Origin: Candidatus Pelagibacterales bacterium
GTDB lineage: Bacteria; Pseudomonadota; Alphaproteobacteria; Pelagibacterales; AG-422-B15
Direction: 5' to 3'
NCBI GenBank assembly: GCA_029242795.1
Contig: JAQWTH010000024.1
Location: forward strand, 33,192 to 97,191
Length of the DNA: 64,000 nt
Under the pieces are notes generated by a model. The model worked only from the letters and a program-made list of their open reading frames with translations. It did not search any database and was not told the origin of the DNA. Positions 12,301 through 23,367 of the stretch are shown piece after piece; position 1 is the stretch's first letter, and every line of letters starts with the position of its first letter. A program made the position numbers and the translations under genes.

Positions 12301-14379
12301 ATGAGTAGAGAATATCCTTTAAATAAATATAGAAACATTGGCATCATGGCTCATATTGATGCTGGAAAAACAACCACTACTGAAAGAATTCTCTATTACA
12401 CGGGAAAAAGCCATAAGATTGGAGAGGTGCATGATGGTGCGGCCACAATGGATTGGATGGAACAAGAGCAGGAACGGGGTATTACAATTACCTCTGCTGC
12501 AACTACTTGTTTTTGGAATGATCATAGAATTAATATAATTGATACTCCGGGACACGTTGACTTTACAATTGAAGTTGAAAGATCTCTTAGAGTACTCGAT
12601 GGAGCTGTTGCAGTCTTTGACGGTGTTGCAGGCGTTGAACCTCAAACAGAAACAGTCTGGAGACAAGCAAATAGATACAATGTTCCTCGAATGTGTTTCA
12701 TTAACAAAATGGATAGAACAGGTGCTGATTTTTATAAATGCTTAGACATGATTAAGGATAGATTGCAGGCTAACGCCTTAGTTTTACAAATACCATACGG
12801 AAGTGAAGCTGATCTTAAAGGTGTTGTAGACTTAGTAAAAAATAAAGCAATAGTTTGGGAGAATGAGGATTTAGGGGCAAATTTCAATTATGTTGATATC
12901 CCAGATGAGTTAAAGGAAACTGCTGCAAAATTTAGAACAGAAATGGTTGAAATGGCAGTTGAGCAGGATGAAGCTGTCCTAGAGAAGTATCTTGATGGTG
13001 AAGAACCGGATGAAGAGACATTAAATAGATGTATACGAATAGGAACAATTAATTTTGCATTCGTTCCGATCCTTACAGGAAGCGCATTTAAAAATAAAGG
13101 TGTTCAACCACTTTTAGATGCAGTTGTTAATTTTATGCCTGATCCAAGTGAAGTACAGCAAGCTACTGGGTTTGCTCCGGGAAAAGAGGATGAAGAAATA
13201 ATTAGAAATGCATCTGATGACGAACCTTTTTCAGCATTAGCTTTTAAAGTTGCAAATGACCCGTTCGTTGGATCATTAACATTTGCAAGAATTTATTCAG
13301 GAAAATTAGAAACTGGAACAACAATTTTAAATTCAGTAAAGGATGATAAGGAACGTATCGGTAGAATGCTTTTAATGCATGCAAATAATAGAGAAGATAT
13401 TAAAGTTGCGTATGCAGGAGATATAGTTGCCATTGCTGGCCTTAAGGACACAATAACTGGTGAAACACTATCTGATTCCAACAAACCAATTGTACTTGAG
13501 TCAATGGATTTTCCGGATCCTGTAATCGAAATAGCTGTTGAACCCAAAACAAAAGCCGATCAAGAAAAAATGGGTGAGGCTTTAGCTAGATTAGCAAAAG
13601 AAGATCCATCTTTTAGAGTCTCTTCAGATGATGAGTCGGGTCAAACTGTTATTAAAGGAATGGGAGAACTTCATCTCGATATTATTGTAGATAGAATGAA
13701 AAGAGAATTTAATGTTGAGGCTAATGTGGGTGCTCCTCAAGTAGCTTATAGAGAAACAATTTCTAAAGAAGTTGAGGTCACTTATACTCACAAAAAACAA
13801 AGTGGTGGCGCTGGTCAATTTGCAGAAGTAAAAATGATTGTTGAAGGTGGAGAGCCTGGTAGCGGAAGAATATTTGAAGATAAAATTAAGGGTGGAAATA
13901 TACCTAAGGAATATATTCCAGGTGTTGAAAAAGGCGTTGAAGGAGTAGCTGATACAGGCGTAATCGCTGGTTTTCCAATAATTGATTATAAAGTCACACT
14001 AATTGATGGCAAATATCATGATGTTGACTCAAGTAGTCTAGCTTTTGAAATTGCTGGTCGAATGGGATTTAAAGATGCGTGCACTAAAGCAAACCCAAAA
14101 CTTTTAGAGCCTGTAATGCGTGTTGAGGTTGTTACTCCAGATGATTTTATGGGAGATGTAATAGGAGATTTAAGTAGTAGAAGAGCACAGGTTAGTGGAA
14201 GCGAAGCAAGAGGAAACACGACTACAGTTAGTGCAATGGTACCGCTTGCAAATATGTTTGGCTACATCAATACATTACGATCAATGACACAAGGAAGGGC
14301 ACAATATTCAATGTTTTTTGATCACTATGAGCAAGTGCCACAAAATGTACAAGATGAGGTAAAAGCAAAATTTGCTTAG
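12301..14379 (+). CDS. fusA: Elongation factor G
   Basis: 692 aa with G-domain motifs [17 protein letters not shown] and NKMD. Confidence 0.98.
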   Translation: MSREYPLNKYRNIGIMAHIDAGKTTTTERILYYTGKSHKIGEVHDGAATMDWMEQEQERGITITSAATTCFWNDHRINIIDTPGHVDFTIEVERSLRVLDGAVAVFDGVAGVEPQTETVWRQANRYNVPRMCFINKMDRTGADFYKCLDMIKDRLQANALVLQIPYGSEADLKGVVDLVKNKAIVWENEDLGANFNYVDIPDELKETAAKFRTEMVEMAVEQDEAVLEKYLDGEEPDEETLNRCIRIGTINFAFVPILTGSAFKNKGVQPLLDAVVNFMPDPSEVQQATGFAPGKEDEEIIRNASDDEPFSALAFKVANDPFVGSLTFARIYSGKLETGTTILNSVKDDKERIGRMLLMHANNREDIKVAYAGDIVAIAGLKDTITGETLSDSNKPIVLESMDFPDPVIEIAVEPKTKADQEKMGEALARLAKEDPSFRVSSDDESGQTVIKGMGELHLDIIVDRMKREFNVEANVGAPQVAYRETISKEVEVTYTHKKQSGGAGQFAEVKMIVEGGEPGSGRIFEDKIKGGNIPKEYIPGVEKGVEGVADTGVIAGFPIIDYKVTLIDGKYHDVDSSSLAFEIAGRMGFKDACTKANPKLLEPVMRVEVVTPDDFMGDVIGDLSSRRAQVSGSEARGNTTTVSAMVPLANMFGYINTLRSMTQGRAQYSMFFDHYEQVPQNVQDEVKAKFA

Positions 14380-14386
14380 AAAATTT

Positions 14387-14695
14387 ATGGATAATCAAAA
14401 TATAAAAATAAGACTTAAAGCTTTTGATCACGGTGTCCTGGATCAGTCTTCAGTAGAGATTGTTAATACCGCTAAGAGGACAGGGGCTATTGTTAAAGGT
14501 CCAATTCCTTTACCTACAAATAATGAAGTATTTACCGTACTAAGATCTCCACATGTTAACAAAAAAAGTAGGGAACAATTTGAAATCAGAACTCATAAAC
14601 GTCTCATTGAAATTGTTGATCCAACACCCCAAACAGTTGATGCACTTATGAAACTAGATTTAGCTTCAGGTGTTGATGTAGAAATAAAGTTATAA
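14387..14695 (+). CDS. rpsJ: 30S ribosomal protein S10
   Basis: [21 protein letters not shown]... The ATG at 14387 is preferred over the upstream TTG at 14372. Confidence 0.95.
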   Translation: MDNQNIKIRLKAFDHGVLDQSSVEIVNTAKRTGAIVKGPIPLPTNNEVFTVLRSPHVNKKSREQFEIRTHKRLIEIVDPTPQTVDALMKLDLASGVDVEIKL

Positions 14696-14697
14696 TC

Positions 14698-15387
14698 ATG
14701 AGACCAGGTATAATCGCAAAAAAAATAGGTATGAGTAACTTTTATACTCCTAATGGTTTAAATATCCCTGTTACCATTTTACATGTTGATGACTGTAAGG
14801 TCATAGAAAGAACTGAAAAGTCAGAATTAGATACTGATAAAATACTGCTCGGTGCTTGTGAAATAAAAAAGGATAAGAAAACAAATAAAGCTACCAAAGG
14901 TTTCTTTAAAAAGAAATCTTCAGTACCCTTTAAATACATCAGAGAATTCTCTATTGATAAAGAAGCTGAGGTCAAAGCAGGCGATAGCTTGAAAGTTGAT
15001 CATTTCCAAGAAGGACAGTTTATTGATGTTTCAGGATTTTCTAAGGGAAAAGGATTTGCAGGCGCTATGAAAAGACATAATTTTAGTGGAATGAGAGCTA
15101 CTCATGGTGTTTCAATATCTCATAGAGCCCATGGCTCTACCGGCCAATGTCAAGATCCAGGTAAAGTATTTAAGGGAAAAAAAATGGCAGGACATTTAGG
15201 TGATGAACACAAAACATCGCAAAGCTTGCAAGTTGTGAAAGTTGACACAAAAAATAATATTATTTGTGTAAAAGGATCTACACCAGGAGCAAGAGGAGCA
15301 TGGTTAGTTGTAGAAGACTCAATAAAGCAAAGGTCAGTCAAAGATTTCGATATAAAAATTCCAGTGGACTCAAAGAAAAAGAAATAG
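14698..15387 (+). CDS. rplC: 50S ribosomal protein L3
   Basis: MRPGIIAKKIGMS... in the S10-operon order. Confidence 0.95.
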   Translation: MRPGIIAKKIGMSNFYTPNGLNIPVTILHVDDCKVIERTEKSELDTDKILLGACEIKKDKKTNKATKGFFKKKSSVPFKYIREFSIDKEAEVKAGDSLKVDHFQEGQFIDVSGFSKGKGFAGAMKRHNFSGMRATHGVSISHRAHGSTGQCQDPGKVFKGKKMAGHLGDEHKTSQSLQVVKVDTKNNIICVKGSTPGARGAWLVVEDSIKQRSVKDFDIKIPVDSKKKK

Positions 15388-16011
15388 ATGAATATTGATA
15401 CTTTTAAAATAAATGGCGAAAAATCTGGATCAATAGATCTATCAGATAATATTTTTGCACTAGATCCAAACTTAGAAATCATCAGTACACTAGTTGATTG
15501 GCACAAATCAAATGTAATTCAGTCAAGGCCTACAACTAAAAACAGATCTGAAGTAAAGGGCACTACTCAAAAATATGGAAGACAAAAGGGTGGTGGAGGA
15601 GCAAGGCATGGCTCAAAAAAAGCAAATATTTTCAGAAGTGGTGGAATGGCACACAATCTTAGAGGAAAAAGATCAAGCCAAAGTCTATCAAAAAAATTTA
15701 AATCCCTAGCTCTTAAACATGTTTTATCTTCAAAATTAAAAAACAATGAGATTGTAGTTTTTGATGATTTTAAAATGACTGAAATTAAAACAAAGAATAT
15801 CAAAAATGTATTTGATAAATTGAATATCAAGTCTGCCCTTGTGATTGAGGCTCAAAATCATGACGAGAACTTTATTCTTTCTTCAAGAAATATTAAATCT
15901 ATAAAATATTCAAATACGTTAGGAGTAAATGCGATTGATATTTTAAAGTATGAAAAATTTGTGATGAGTAAAGAGGCTGTAAGTGAAATAGAAAAGAGAT
16001 TGGCAGAATAG
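15388..16011 (+). CDS. rplD: 50S ribosomal protein L4
   Basis: KGTTQKYGRQKGGGGARHGS motif in the conserved position. Confidence 0.93.
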   Translation: MNIDTFKINGEKSGSIDLSDNIFALDPNLEIISTLVDWHKSNVIQSRPTTKNRSEVKGTTQKYGRQKGGGGARHGSKKANIFRSGGMAHNLRGKRSSQSLSKKFKSLALKHVLSSKLKNNEIVVFDDFKMTEIKTKNIKNVFDKLNIKSALVIEAQNHDENFILSSRNIKSIKYSNTLGVNAIDILKYEKFVMSKEAVSEIEKRLAE

Positions 16012-16304
16012 TGAGTAATATAAAAAATTATCGAACTATCCTAAAACCTATCGTCACTGAAAAGTCATCATTAGGTTCAGAGTATAATCAGGTTACATTT
16101 CAAGTCGCAAATGAGTCTTCGAAAAAAGAAATTAAAGAAGCTATAGAAAATATTTTTAAAGTTAAGGTTAAAAAAGTAAATACACTCATTGTAAAAGGTA
16201 AGAGAAAAGCTTTTAGAGGTACTATAGGTAGAAGATCTAATTATAAAAAAGCCTTCATCACACTTGAAGATGGTCAAACAATCGATATCAACGCAGGAAT
16301 TTAA
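16011..16304 (+). CDS. rplW: 50S ribosomal protein L23
   Basis: L23-like sequence with a GTG start that overlaps the rplD TAG stop by 1 nt. Confidence 0.9.
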   Translation: MSNIKNYRTILKPIVTEKSSLGSEYNQVTFQVANESSKKEIKEAIENIFKVKVKKVNTLIVKGKRKAFRGTIGRRSNYKKAFITLEDGQTIDINAGI

Positions 16305-16306
16305 TA

Positions 16307-17152
16307 ATGGCACTTAAGAAGTTTAAACCAAATACCCCAGGAACTAGAGGCCTTACTCTAATAGACAAAACTGGTCTATGGAAAGGTAAACCAAAAAAAT
16401 CGTTAACTGCTGGGCTCTCTAAAAAAGGTGGAAGAAATAATACTGGACGTATCACGATGAGAAGAAAAGGCGGTGGTCATAAGAGTAAGTATAGATTAAT
16501 TGACTTTAAGAGATCCAAGCAAGATGTTTCAGCGATTGTTGAGAGAATCGAATATGATCCAAACCGCTCAGCTTATATAGCTCTTATCAAATACGAAGAT
16601 AGTACATTTTCTTATATTTTAGCTCCTAAAGATTTGAATGTCGGAGATACAGTAATTTCGTCCAATAAAGCAGAAATCAAAACAGGTAATTGTATGCCAA
16701 TGTCTATAATTCCTGTTGGAATAGATATACACAATGTTGAACTTAATGTTGGAGGTGGTGCACAGCTTGCCAGAGCTGCAGGATCTTCAACACAAATAGT
16801 GGGCAAATCTGATGGCTATGTTGTTGTTAAATTGCCTTCAGGTGAGCAAAGAAAAGTAAGAGAAGAATGCAAAGCAACTATTGGAGTTTTATCAAATATA
16901 GATAATAAGAATAAAAAACTTGGGAAAGCTGGAAGAAATCGATGGCTTGGAATTAGACCGTCCGTCAGAGGAGTTGCGATGAATCCAATTGATCACCCTC
17001 ACGGAGGTGGTGAAGGAAAAACTTCAGGTGGAAGGCATCCCGTAACTCCATGGGGAAAGAAGACTAAAGGTCTTAAAACAAGAAATAATAAAAGAACTGA
17101 TAAATTTATTATAAAAAGAAAGACCGATAAAAAAGCGAGGATAGAGGTTTAA
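16307..17152 (+). CDS. rplB: 50S ribosomal protein L2
   Basis: [29 protein letters not shown] signature. Confidence 0.97.
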   Translation: MALKKFKPNTPGTRGLTLIDKTGLWKGKPKKSLTAGLSKKGGRNNTGRITMRRKGGGHKSKYRLIDFKRSKQDVSAIVERIEYDPNRSAYIALIKYEDSTFSYILAPKDLNVGDTVISSNKAEIKTGNCMPMSIIPVGIDIHNVELNVGGGAQLARAAGSSTQIVGKSDGYVVVKLPSGEQRKVREECKATIGVLSNIDNKNKKLGKAGRNRWLGIRPSVRGVAMNPIDHPHGGGEGKTSGGRHPVTPWGKKTKGLKTRNNKRTDKFIIKRKTDKKARIEV

Positions 17153-17153
17153 T

Positions 17154-17429
17154 ATGGCAAGATCTATATGGAAAGGTCCATTTGTTGATAGTCATTTATT
17201 AAAGAAAGCTAAAGCTTCAGCTGAGGCAGGAAGAAATGATGTGATCAAAACATGGTCTAGAAGATCTACAATCCTCCCAGAATTTGTTGGTCTTAGTTTT
17301 GCAGTACATAACGGAAAAAGATTTATACCTGTAAATGTATCAGAAGATATGGTTGGGCATAAATTTGGAGAATTTTCTCCTACTAGAACATTTCACGGCC
17401 ATACGGCAGATAAAAAGACGAAAAAATAA
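17154..17429 (+). CDS. rpsS: 30S ribosomal protein S19
   Basis: [12 protein letters not shown]... and [10 protein letters not shown] motifs. Confidence 0.96.
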   Translation: MARSIWKGPFVDSHLLKKAKASAEAGRNDVIKTWSRRSTILPEFVGLSFAVHNGKRFIPVNVSEDMVGHKFGEFSPTRTFHGHTADKKTKK

Positions 17430-17809
17430 TGAAGCATTTAAATAGAAAAGATAACGAAGCTTACGCTGTTGCAAAAAATATGAGAGTTAGTCCATCCAAA
17501 GCTAATCTTGTACTTGAAATGATACGTGGCAAGAAAGCATCGGATGCGATTAATGTTCTTAAGTTCTCGAACAGGGCTATAGCGAAAGACATTGGAAAGG
17601 TTCTGAATAGTGCTGTTGCTAACGCTGAAAATAATCATCAGTTAGATATAGATATTCTAAAAGTAAGCGAGGCATATTGCGGTAAGGGTATGGTCATGAA
17701 GAGATGGAGAGCAAGAGCTAAAGGTAGACCAGGAAGAATTCAAAAGTTTTTAACTAATATCACTATAAAACTCTCAGAAGAGCAAAAAGATAGTAAGGGA
17801 AAAGAGTAA
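17429..17809 (+). CDS. rplV: 50S ribosomal protein L22
   Basis: L22-family sequence. Its start overlaps the rpsS stop by 1 nt (TAATG). Confidence 0.93.
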   Translation: MKHLNRKDNEAYAVAKNMRVSPSKANLVLEMIRGKKASDAINVLKFSNRAIAKDIGKVLNSAVANAENNHQLDIDILKVSEAYCGKGMVMKRWRARAKGRPGRIQKFLTNITIKLSEEQKDSKGKE

Positions 17810-17811
17810 TC

Positions 17812-18483
17812 ATGGGTCAGAAAGTAAATCCAATTGGTCTAAGGCTGATTTTAAATAAAAAATGGCAATCGAGATGGTTTGCAAATAGAAGAGATTTTGG
17901 AAATTATCTTCAAGAAGATTTAAAGATTAGAGCTTATATCAAAAAGAAATTAAAAAATTGTGCGGTTGCGAAAATTCAAATTGAAAGACCTGCTAAAAAA
18001 GCTCAAGTCACAATATATTCATCAAGACCAGGTTTAATAATTGGTAAAAAAGGTAGTGATATCGAAAAACTTAAAAGAAAAATTTCAGAGTTTACTTCTG
18101 ATGAAGTTTCTATCAACTTAGTTGAAATTAGAAAACCTGAAGTTGAAGCTCAATTGATAGCGGACAATATAGCAGAACAACTTGAAAGACGTGTGTCATT
18201 TAGAAGAGCAATGAAAAGGTCCGTTCAGTCAGCAATGAGATTAGGCGCTGATGGAATAAGAGTTAATTGTGGAGGAAGACTCGGTGGAACTGAAATTGCA
18301 AGAACAGAATGGTACAGGGAAGGTAGAGTTCCACTTCATACATTTAGAGCTAATATAGATTATGCAGAATCTACTGCAGCTACTACTTATGGAGCATGTG
18401 GAATAAAAGTATGGATTTACAAAGGGGATATTGATGATAACGCGCCACATGAGTCTGAAAATAATCCAAATAAATTAGGATAA
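17812..18483 (+). CDS. rpsC: 30S ribosomal protein S3
   Basis: [12 protein letters not shown]... with a KH domain. Confidence 0.97.
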   Translation: MGQKVNPIGLRLILNKKWQSRWFANRRDFGNYLQEDLKIRAYIKKKLKNCAVAKIQIERPAKKAQVTIYSSRPGLIIGKKGSDIEKLKRKISEFTSDEVSINLVEIRKPEVEAQLIADNIAEQLERRVSFRRAMKRSVQSAMRLGADGIRVNCGGRLGGTEIARTEWYREGRVPLHTFRANIDYAESTAATTYGACGIKVWIYKGDIDDNAPHESENNPNKLG

Positions 18484-18486
18484 GAA

Positions 18487-18900
18487 ATGTTACAGCCAAA
18501 GAAAACAAAATTTAGAAAAGCTCACAAAGGTAGAATTAAAGGAGTTGCGACGTCTGCAACTACATTAAACTATGGTACTTTTGGTCTTAAGGCCCTAGAA
18601 GCCGATAGAATTACTGCTCGTCAAATAGAGGCTGCAAGGGTAGCTATGACAAGATTTATGAAAAGAGCTGGAAGAGTTTGGGTAAGGATTTTCCCTGATG
18701 TGCCTGTATCAAAAAAACCTGTTGAAGTAAGAATGGGTAAGGGTAAAGGATCGCCGGAGTATTGGGCATGCAGAGTGAAACCAGGAAAAATAATGTTTGA
18801 AGTGGATGGCGTTTCTTTTGCTGTGGCAAAGGAAGCTTTTGGAAGAGCTGCTTCCAAATTACCTGTTAAGACAAAAGTAGTAGAACAATTGGTGAAGTAA
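18487..18900 (+). CDS. rplP: 50S ribosomal protein L16
   Basis: [16 protein letters not shown]... signature. Confidence 0.97.
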   Translation: MLQPKKTKFRKAHKGRIKGVATSATTLNYGTFGLKALEADRITARQIEAARVAMTRFMKRAGRVWVRIFPDVPVSKKPVEVRMGKGKGSPEYWACRVKPGKIMFEVDGVSFAVAKEAFGRAASKLPVKTKVVEQLVK

Positions 18901-18903
18901 AAA

Positions 18904-19098
18904 ATGAAGACTGAAGAAATTAGAAAAAAAACAGTTGATCAGCTTAATATAGAGCTTGAAAATTTATATAAGGAATCTTTTAATTTAAGATTTCAAAAAT
19001 CCTCTGGTCAATTAGAAAATACTTCGAGGGTATCTAAAGTGAGAAAGTTAATAGCTCGTATTCAAACGATTAAAAACGAGAAGGTTAAAGAGAATTAA
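18904..19098 (+). CDS. rpmC: 50S ribosomal protein L29
   Basis: 64 aa, L29-like ([13 protein letters not shown]), in the conserved position. Confidence 0.9.
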   Translation: MKTEEIRKKTVDQLNIELENLYKESFNLRFQKSSGQLENTSRVSKVRKLIARIQTIKNEKVKEN

Positions 19099-19101
19099 AT
19101 T

Positions 19102-19329
19102 ATGCCAAAAAGAATATTACAAGGCACTGTTCTTAGCGATAAACAAGACAAAACTATAACTGTTCTTGTAGAGAGAAAGTTCAGGCACCCAGTTTTAAAG
19201 AAGGTTATTAAAAGATCGAAGAAATACAGCGCTCATGACGCTGATAATAAATGTAATATTGGTGACAAAGTAAAAATTATGGAGTCCAAACCAATATCAA
19301 AATTAAAAAGATGGGTTGTTATTGAATAA
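19102..19329 (+). CDS. rpsQ: 30S ribosomal protein S17
   Basis: [25 protein letters not shown] motif. Confidence 0.93.
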   Translation: MPKRILQGTVLSDKQDKTITVLVERKFRHPVLKKVIKRSKKYSAHDADNKCNIGDKVKIMESKPISKLKRWVVIE

Positions 19330-19697
19330 TGATACAGACTGAGTCAAGATTAAACATAGCTGATAACTCAGGAGCCAAGGAAGTCCTTTGTATAAAGGTC
19401 TTAGGGGGCTCTAAACGAAAATATGCATCAGTAGGAGATACAATTGTTGTAACAATCAAGGAAGCTATGCCTAGAGGTAAAGTTAAAAAGGGAACTGTTC
19501 ACAAAGCTGTCATAGTTAGGACTAGAAAAGAACTTAAAAGACCTGATGGAAGTACAATTAAATTTGATACTAATGCTGCAGTTCTAATTAATGCTCAAGG
19601 AGAGCCTGTTGGTACAAGAATATTTGGTCCAGTTTGTCGTGAATTAAGATCAAGAAATCAAATGAAAATTATATCATTAGCTCCGGAGGTTCTGTAG
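19329..19697 (+). CDS. rplN: 50S ribosomal protein L14
   Basis: [28 protein letters not shown] signature. Confidence 0.97.
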   Translation: MIQTESRLNIADNSGAKEVLCIKVLGGSKRKYASVGDTIVVTIKEAMPRGKVKKGTVHKAVIVRTRKELKRPDGSTIKFDTNAAVLINAQGEPVGTRIFGPVCRELRSRNQMKIISLAPEVL

Positions 19698-20008
19698 TGG
19701 CTCAAAGAATAAAAAAAGGTGATCGTGTGTTTGTAAATTCTGGAAAAGACTCAGGAAAAATTGGTGAGGTTATTAAGATTCAGGGCCTAAAGGCGATTGT
19801 TAAGGATGTCAATGTATCAAAAAAGCATCAGAAGCAAGACCAAAACAGTCAAGGTGGGATTGTAAATAAAGAAATGCCAATTGCGATTGATAACCTTATG
19901 CCATTAAATAAAAAAGATAATAAACCAACTAGAGTTCAGTTTAAAATTCTTAAAGATAATAAAAAGGTCAGAATAGCTGCAAATTCAGGAGATCAGATTG
20001 ATGGATAG
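19697..20008 (+). CDS. rplX: 50S ribosomal protein L24
   Basis: KOW motif IKKGDRVFVNSGKDSGKIGEV. The GTG start overlaps the rplN TAG stop by 1 nt. Confidence 0.92.
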   Translation: MAQRIKKGDRVFVNSGKDSGKIGEVIKIQGLKAIVKDVNVSKKHQKQDQNSQGGIVNKEMPIAIDNLMPLNKKDNKPTRVQFKILKDNKKVRIAANSGDQIDG

Positions 20009-20012
20009 TTCT

Positions 20013-20552
20013 ATGCCAAGAGTCAAAGATAAATATCTGAATGAGGTTGTTCCTCATCTAAAAGAAAAGCTTGAAAGAGCTAATCCTATGTCTTTACCAA
20101 AGGTGATGAAGGTTTCTCTTAACATGGGTCTTAGTGAGGCTGTGGCCGACTCTAAGGTTATACAATCTGCATCAAATGATCTTGCTGCAATTTCTGGGCA
20201 GTTACCAGTTGTTACAAAAGCAAGAAAATCAATTGCGACTTATAAAATTAGAGAAGGTATGCCGTTAGGAGTAAAAGTTACCTTAAGAGGTGGTCAAATG
20301 TATGAATTTATTGATAGACTTGTCACTGTAGCTTTGCCTAGGATAAGAGACTTTAGAGGTCTTAAGCTCAATGGATTTGATGGAAAAGGTAACTACTCAT
20401 TTGGTATTAAAGAAGTTACAATTTTTCCAGAAATAAATGTCGATAAGTTAGATGCAATTAGGGGCATGGATATAACTATATGTACATCCGCTAAAAATAA
20501 TGATGAAGCATTAACGTTATTGAAGGCACTAAATTTTCCAATAATTATTTAA
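20013..20552 (+). CDS. rplE: 50S ribosomal protein L5
   Basis: MPRVKDKYLNEVVPHLKEK... matches the usual L5 N-terminus. The ORF-track start at 19998 would overlap rplX. Confidence 0.93.
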   Translation: MPRVKDKYLNEVVPHLKEKLERANPMSLPKVMKVSLNMGLSEAVADSKVIQSASNDLAAISGQLPVVTKARKSIATYKIREGMPLGVKVTLRGGQMYEFIDRLVTVALPRIRDFRGLKLNGFDGKGNYSFGIKEVTIFPEINVDKLDAIRGMDITICTSAKNNDEALTLLKALNFPIII

Positions 20553-20566
20553 TACAAGGTTTTATA

Positions 20567-20872
20567 ATGGCAAAAAGAAGTTCGATTGAAAAAAATAAAA
20601 GAAGAATAGCGCTAGCTGCAAAAGATTTAAGTAAGCGTAAGGCATTAAAAGAGTTAATAATGAATAAGAATACGTCTATTGATGATAGATTTCAGGCACA
20701 ATTGAAATTAGCTAAAATGAGAAGAAACGGTGCTCGTTCTAGAATTAGGAATCGTTGTGAACTGACAGGGAGACCAAGGGGTTTTCATAACAGAGTAAAA
20801 TTATCCAGAATTGCACTAAGAGAACTAGCTTCACAAGGTCAAATACCTGGTATGAATAAATCGAGTTGGTAG
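20567..20872 (+). CDS. rpsN: 30S ribosomal protein S14 (long, 101 aa, no CxxC pairs)
   Basis: C-terminal RNRCELTGRPRGFHNRVKLSRIALRELASQGQIPGMNKSSW. Confidence 0.95.
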   Translation: MAKRSSIEKNKRRIALAAKDLSKRKALKELIMNKNTSIDDRFQAQLKLAKMRRNGARSRIRNRCELTGRPRGFHNRVKLSRIALRELASQGQIPGMNKSSW

Positions 20873-20884
20873 GAAAGGATAGGT

Positions 20885-21283
20885 ATGTCATTACAAGATC
20901 CATTAGCAGATTTGTTTAGTCGCATTCGAAATGCGCAACTAAGAAAGAAAAAAGTTGTAACTTCTCCTCTATCTAAGATGAGAGAAAGTATTTTAGAGGT
21001 ACTAAAAAATGAAGGTTATATTAGAGGATACGCAAGAACAAAACATCCTTCGGGAAGAGAAGAGTTAGACATCGAATTAAAATATGATGAAAGCGGTCCA
21101 GTTATATCTAATATTACAAGAATTTCAAAACCCGGAAGAAGAGTTTATTCGGGTGTTGAAAGAATTCCATTTGTTCATAATGGTTTGGGTATATCAATTA
21201 TTTCAACTTCTCAGGGCGTAATGTCAGATACTGATGCTAGAGAAAAGAAAATTGGTGGAGAAAAAATCTGTAGAGTATTTTAG
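20885..21283 (+). CDS. rpsH: 30S ribosomal protein S8
   Basis: DPLADLFSRIRNAQ signature. Confidence 0.96.
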   Translation: MSLQDPLADLFSRIRNAQLRKKKVVTSPLSKMRESILEVLKNEGYIRGYARTKHPSGREELDIELKYDESGPVISNITRISKPGRRVYSGVERIPFVHNGLGISIISTSQGVMSDTDAREKKIGGEKICRVF

Positions 21284-21285
21284 TT

Positions 21286-21819
21286 ATGTCAAGAGTTGGT
21301 TCTAAAGAAATAATAATTCCAGATAACGTAAAAGTATCTATTGAGGGGGGCTCTATATTTGCTGAAGGTCCCCTTGGTAAGCTTGAGACAAAACTTCACG
21401 ACTTGATATCAACTGATCTTTCTGAAAACAAAATTTCTTTTTCAGTAAAAAAAGAAAGTAAACAAGCTCTTGCATTTTGGGGATTACAAAGAAATTTGGT
21501 CAACAATCTTGTTATTGGTGTTTCAACAGGCTTTTCAAAAAAGCTAGAAATGAATGGAGTAGGTTACAGAGCATCTATGAAAGGTAAAGATCTTGAGTTA
21601 TTACTTGGTTTTAGTCATCCTATTATTTATCCAATTCCTGAAGGAATTAATGTAACAGTTGATAAGCAAAATAACATTGAGATTTCAGGTGCTAGTAAAC
21701 AACTTGTTGGACAGGTGGCATCAGAAATTAGAGGCTTTAGAGGTCCTGAGCCCTATAAAGGTAAAGGTGTAAAATACGCTGACGAATATATTAATAGAAA
21801 AGAAGGAAAGAAAAAGTAA
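21286..21819 (+). CDS. rplF: 50S ribosomal protein L6
   Basis: MSRVGSKEIIIPDNVKV... L6 family. Confidence 0.95.
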   Translation: MSRVGSKEIIIPDNVKVSIEGGSIFAEGPLGKLETKLHDLISTDLSENKISFSVKKESKQALAFWGLQRNLVNNLVIGVSTGFSKKLEMNGVGYRASMKGKDLELLLGFSHPIIYPIPEGINVTVDKQNNIEISGASKQLVGQVASEIRGFRGPEPYKGKGVKYADEYINRKEGKKK

Positions 21820-22166
21820 TGCTTTCTAATGGTAAAGAAAAAAGATCTAGAAGAAATAGATATAGATTAAAAAAAGCCAATAAATCTGGCTTAAGACTAT
21901 CTGTATTTAAGTCCTCAAAGCATCTTTATGCTCAAGTTATAGATGATGATAAAGGAGTCACGCTTTGTAGTGCATCTACAGTTAAAATGCCAAAAAATAA
22001 AAATTGTTGCAATATAGCTAATGCAAAGTTGATTGGTGAACAGATAGGTAAAGTTGCAGTTGATAAAGGTGTTTCTAAACTATATTTGGATCGTGGACCA
22101 AACATTTACCACGGTATCGTTAAAACAATCGCTGATACTGTAAGATCAGCTGGACTTAAATTTTAG
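21819..22166 (+). CDS. rplR: 50S ribosomal protein L18
   Basis: L18-like ([18 protein letters not shown]). Overlaps the rplF stop by 1 nt. Confidence 0.93.
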   Translation: MLSNGKEKRSRRNRYRLKKANKSGLRLSVFKSSKHLYAQVIDDDKGVTLCSASTVKMPKNKNCCNIANAKLIGEQIGKVAVDKGVSKLYLDRGPNIYHGIVKTIADTVRSAGLKF

Positions 22167-22174
22167 GAATTAAT

Positions 22175-22696
22175 ATGGCTTACGCACAAAAAAATAAAGA
22201 ACAAAAATCAGATTTAAAAGAAAAATTAGTTGCAATTAATCGTGTAACAAAAGTTGTTAAAGGCGGAAGAAGATTTGGTTTCGCAGCTCTAGTTGTTGCA
22301 GGAGATGAGTCTGGAAAAGTTGGCTTTGGACATGGTAAAGCTAAAGAAGTACCTGAGGCAATAAAAAAAGCAACAGAGTCAGCAAAGAAAAGTTTGGTAA
22401 GAATTCCGTTAAGAGAAGGTAGAACGCTTCATCATGATATAATTGGTACACATGGAGCTAGTAAAGTTGTTATGAGATCAGCACCATCAGGAACAGGAAT
22501 AATTGCAGGAGGATCTGTAAGAGCAGTTTTTGAATTGCTTGGCATTCAGGATATTGTTGCAAAATCAATTGGCAGTGCAAATCCATATAATATTATTAGA
22601 GCAGCCGTAGATGGTCTGAAGCAGCAAAAGTCTCCAAAAATGGTTGCTAATCGCAGAAGTAAGAAAGTATCTGCTATTACATCTGGTAGAGAGTAA
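22175..22696 (+). CDS. rpsE: 30S ribosomal protein S5
   Basis: [26 protein letters not shown] signature. Confidence 0.96.
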   Translation: MAYAQKNKEQKSDLKEKLVAINRVTKVVKGGRRFGFAALVVAGDESGKVGFGHGKAKEVPEAIKKATESAKKSLVRIPLREGRTLHHDIIGTHGASKVVMRSAPSGTGIIAGGSVRAVFELLGIQDIVAKSIGSANPYNIIRAAVDGLKQQKSPKMVANRRSKKVSAITSGRE

Positions 22697-22706
22697 AGTT
22701 TTTATT

Positions 22707-22892
22707 ATGAGCGATAAGAAAATAAAAATTATTTTAAAGAAGAGTTCAATTGGTTCAAAAAAGAATCAGATTGCTTCATTAAGAGGTCTTGGACTACGTA
22801 AGACGAACAGTTCTGTAGTTAGAGACTCAAGTCCAGAGGTTCTTGGTATGATTAAGGTGGTTAACCATCTTGTCAGTGTTGAGGAGATATAG
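22707..22892 (+). CDS. rpmD: 50S ribosomal protein L30
   Basis: MSDKKIKIILKKSSIGSKKNQIASLRGLGLRK... The ATG at 22707 is preferred; the ORF-track start at 22644 lies inside rpsE. Confidence 0.9.
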   Translation: MSDKKIKIILKKSSIGSKKNQIASLRGLGLRKTNSSVVRDSSPEVLGMIKVVNHLVSVEEI

Positions 22893-22894
22893 GT

Positions 22895-23362
22895 ATGAAG
22901 TTGAATGAATTAAAGAGATTAAAATCGACTACTAAAAATGTTAAAAGAGTGGGAAGAGGTATTGGATCTGGAAAAGGAAAAACATCTGGTAGTGGCCACA
23001 AAGGTCAAAAAGCTAGATCAGGTGTTGCAATTAATGGATTCGAAGGTGGACAGATGCCTTTACATAGAAGACTTCCAAAATTTGGTTTTAATAACGTGAA
23101 CAAAACGAGGTATGTTGAATTAAATCTAGAAGATCTTCAAAGTATTATTAATAAGAATAAGATCAATGAAGATCAAACAATCAGCATAAAACTTCTTAAA
23201 GATCTTTCAATTATCAAAAACAAAAATTCTCAAAAATTGAAAATACTTGGTAGAGGAGATTTGACTTCAAAAAATCCAATTGAATGCGCAAAAATTTCTA
23301 AATCTGCTCAATCAAAGTTAGAAAAAATAGGGAATAGTATTAATATTAGTGAAAAGAGTTAA
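22895..23362 (+). CDS. rplO: 50S ribosomal protein L15
   Basis: VGRGIGSGKGKTSGSGHKGQKARSG motif. Confidence 0.95.
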   Translation: MKLNELKRLKSTTKNVKRVGRGIGSGKGKTSGSGHKGQKARSGVAINGFEGGQMPLHRRLPKFGFNNVNKTRYVELNLEDLQSIINKNKINEDQTISIKLLKDLSIIKNKNSQKLKILGRGDLTSKNPIECAKISKSAQSKLEKIGNSINISEKS

Positions 23363-23367
23363 GTCTT

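Noticed and set aside
12319-12745. Three alternative-frame or antisense ORFs (115, 66 and 68 aa) over the fusA G-domain
   Set aside because: The locally higher G+C content of the conserved G-domain removes stop codons in other frames. EF-G reads through uninterrupted and explains the region.
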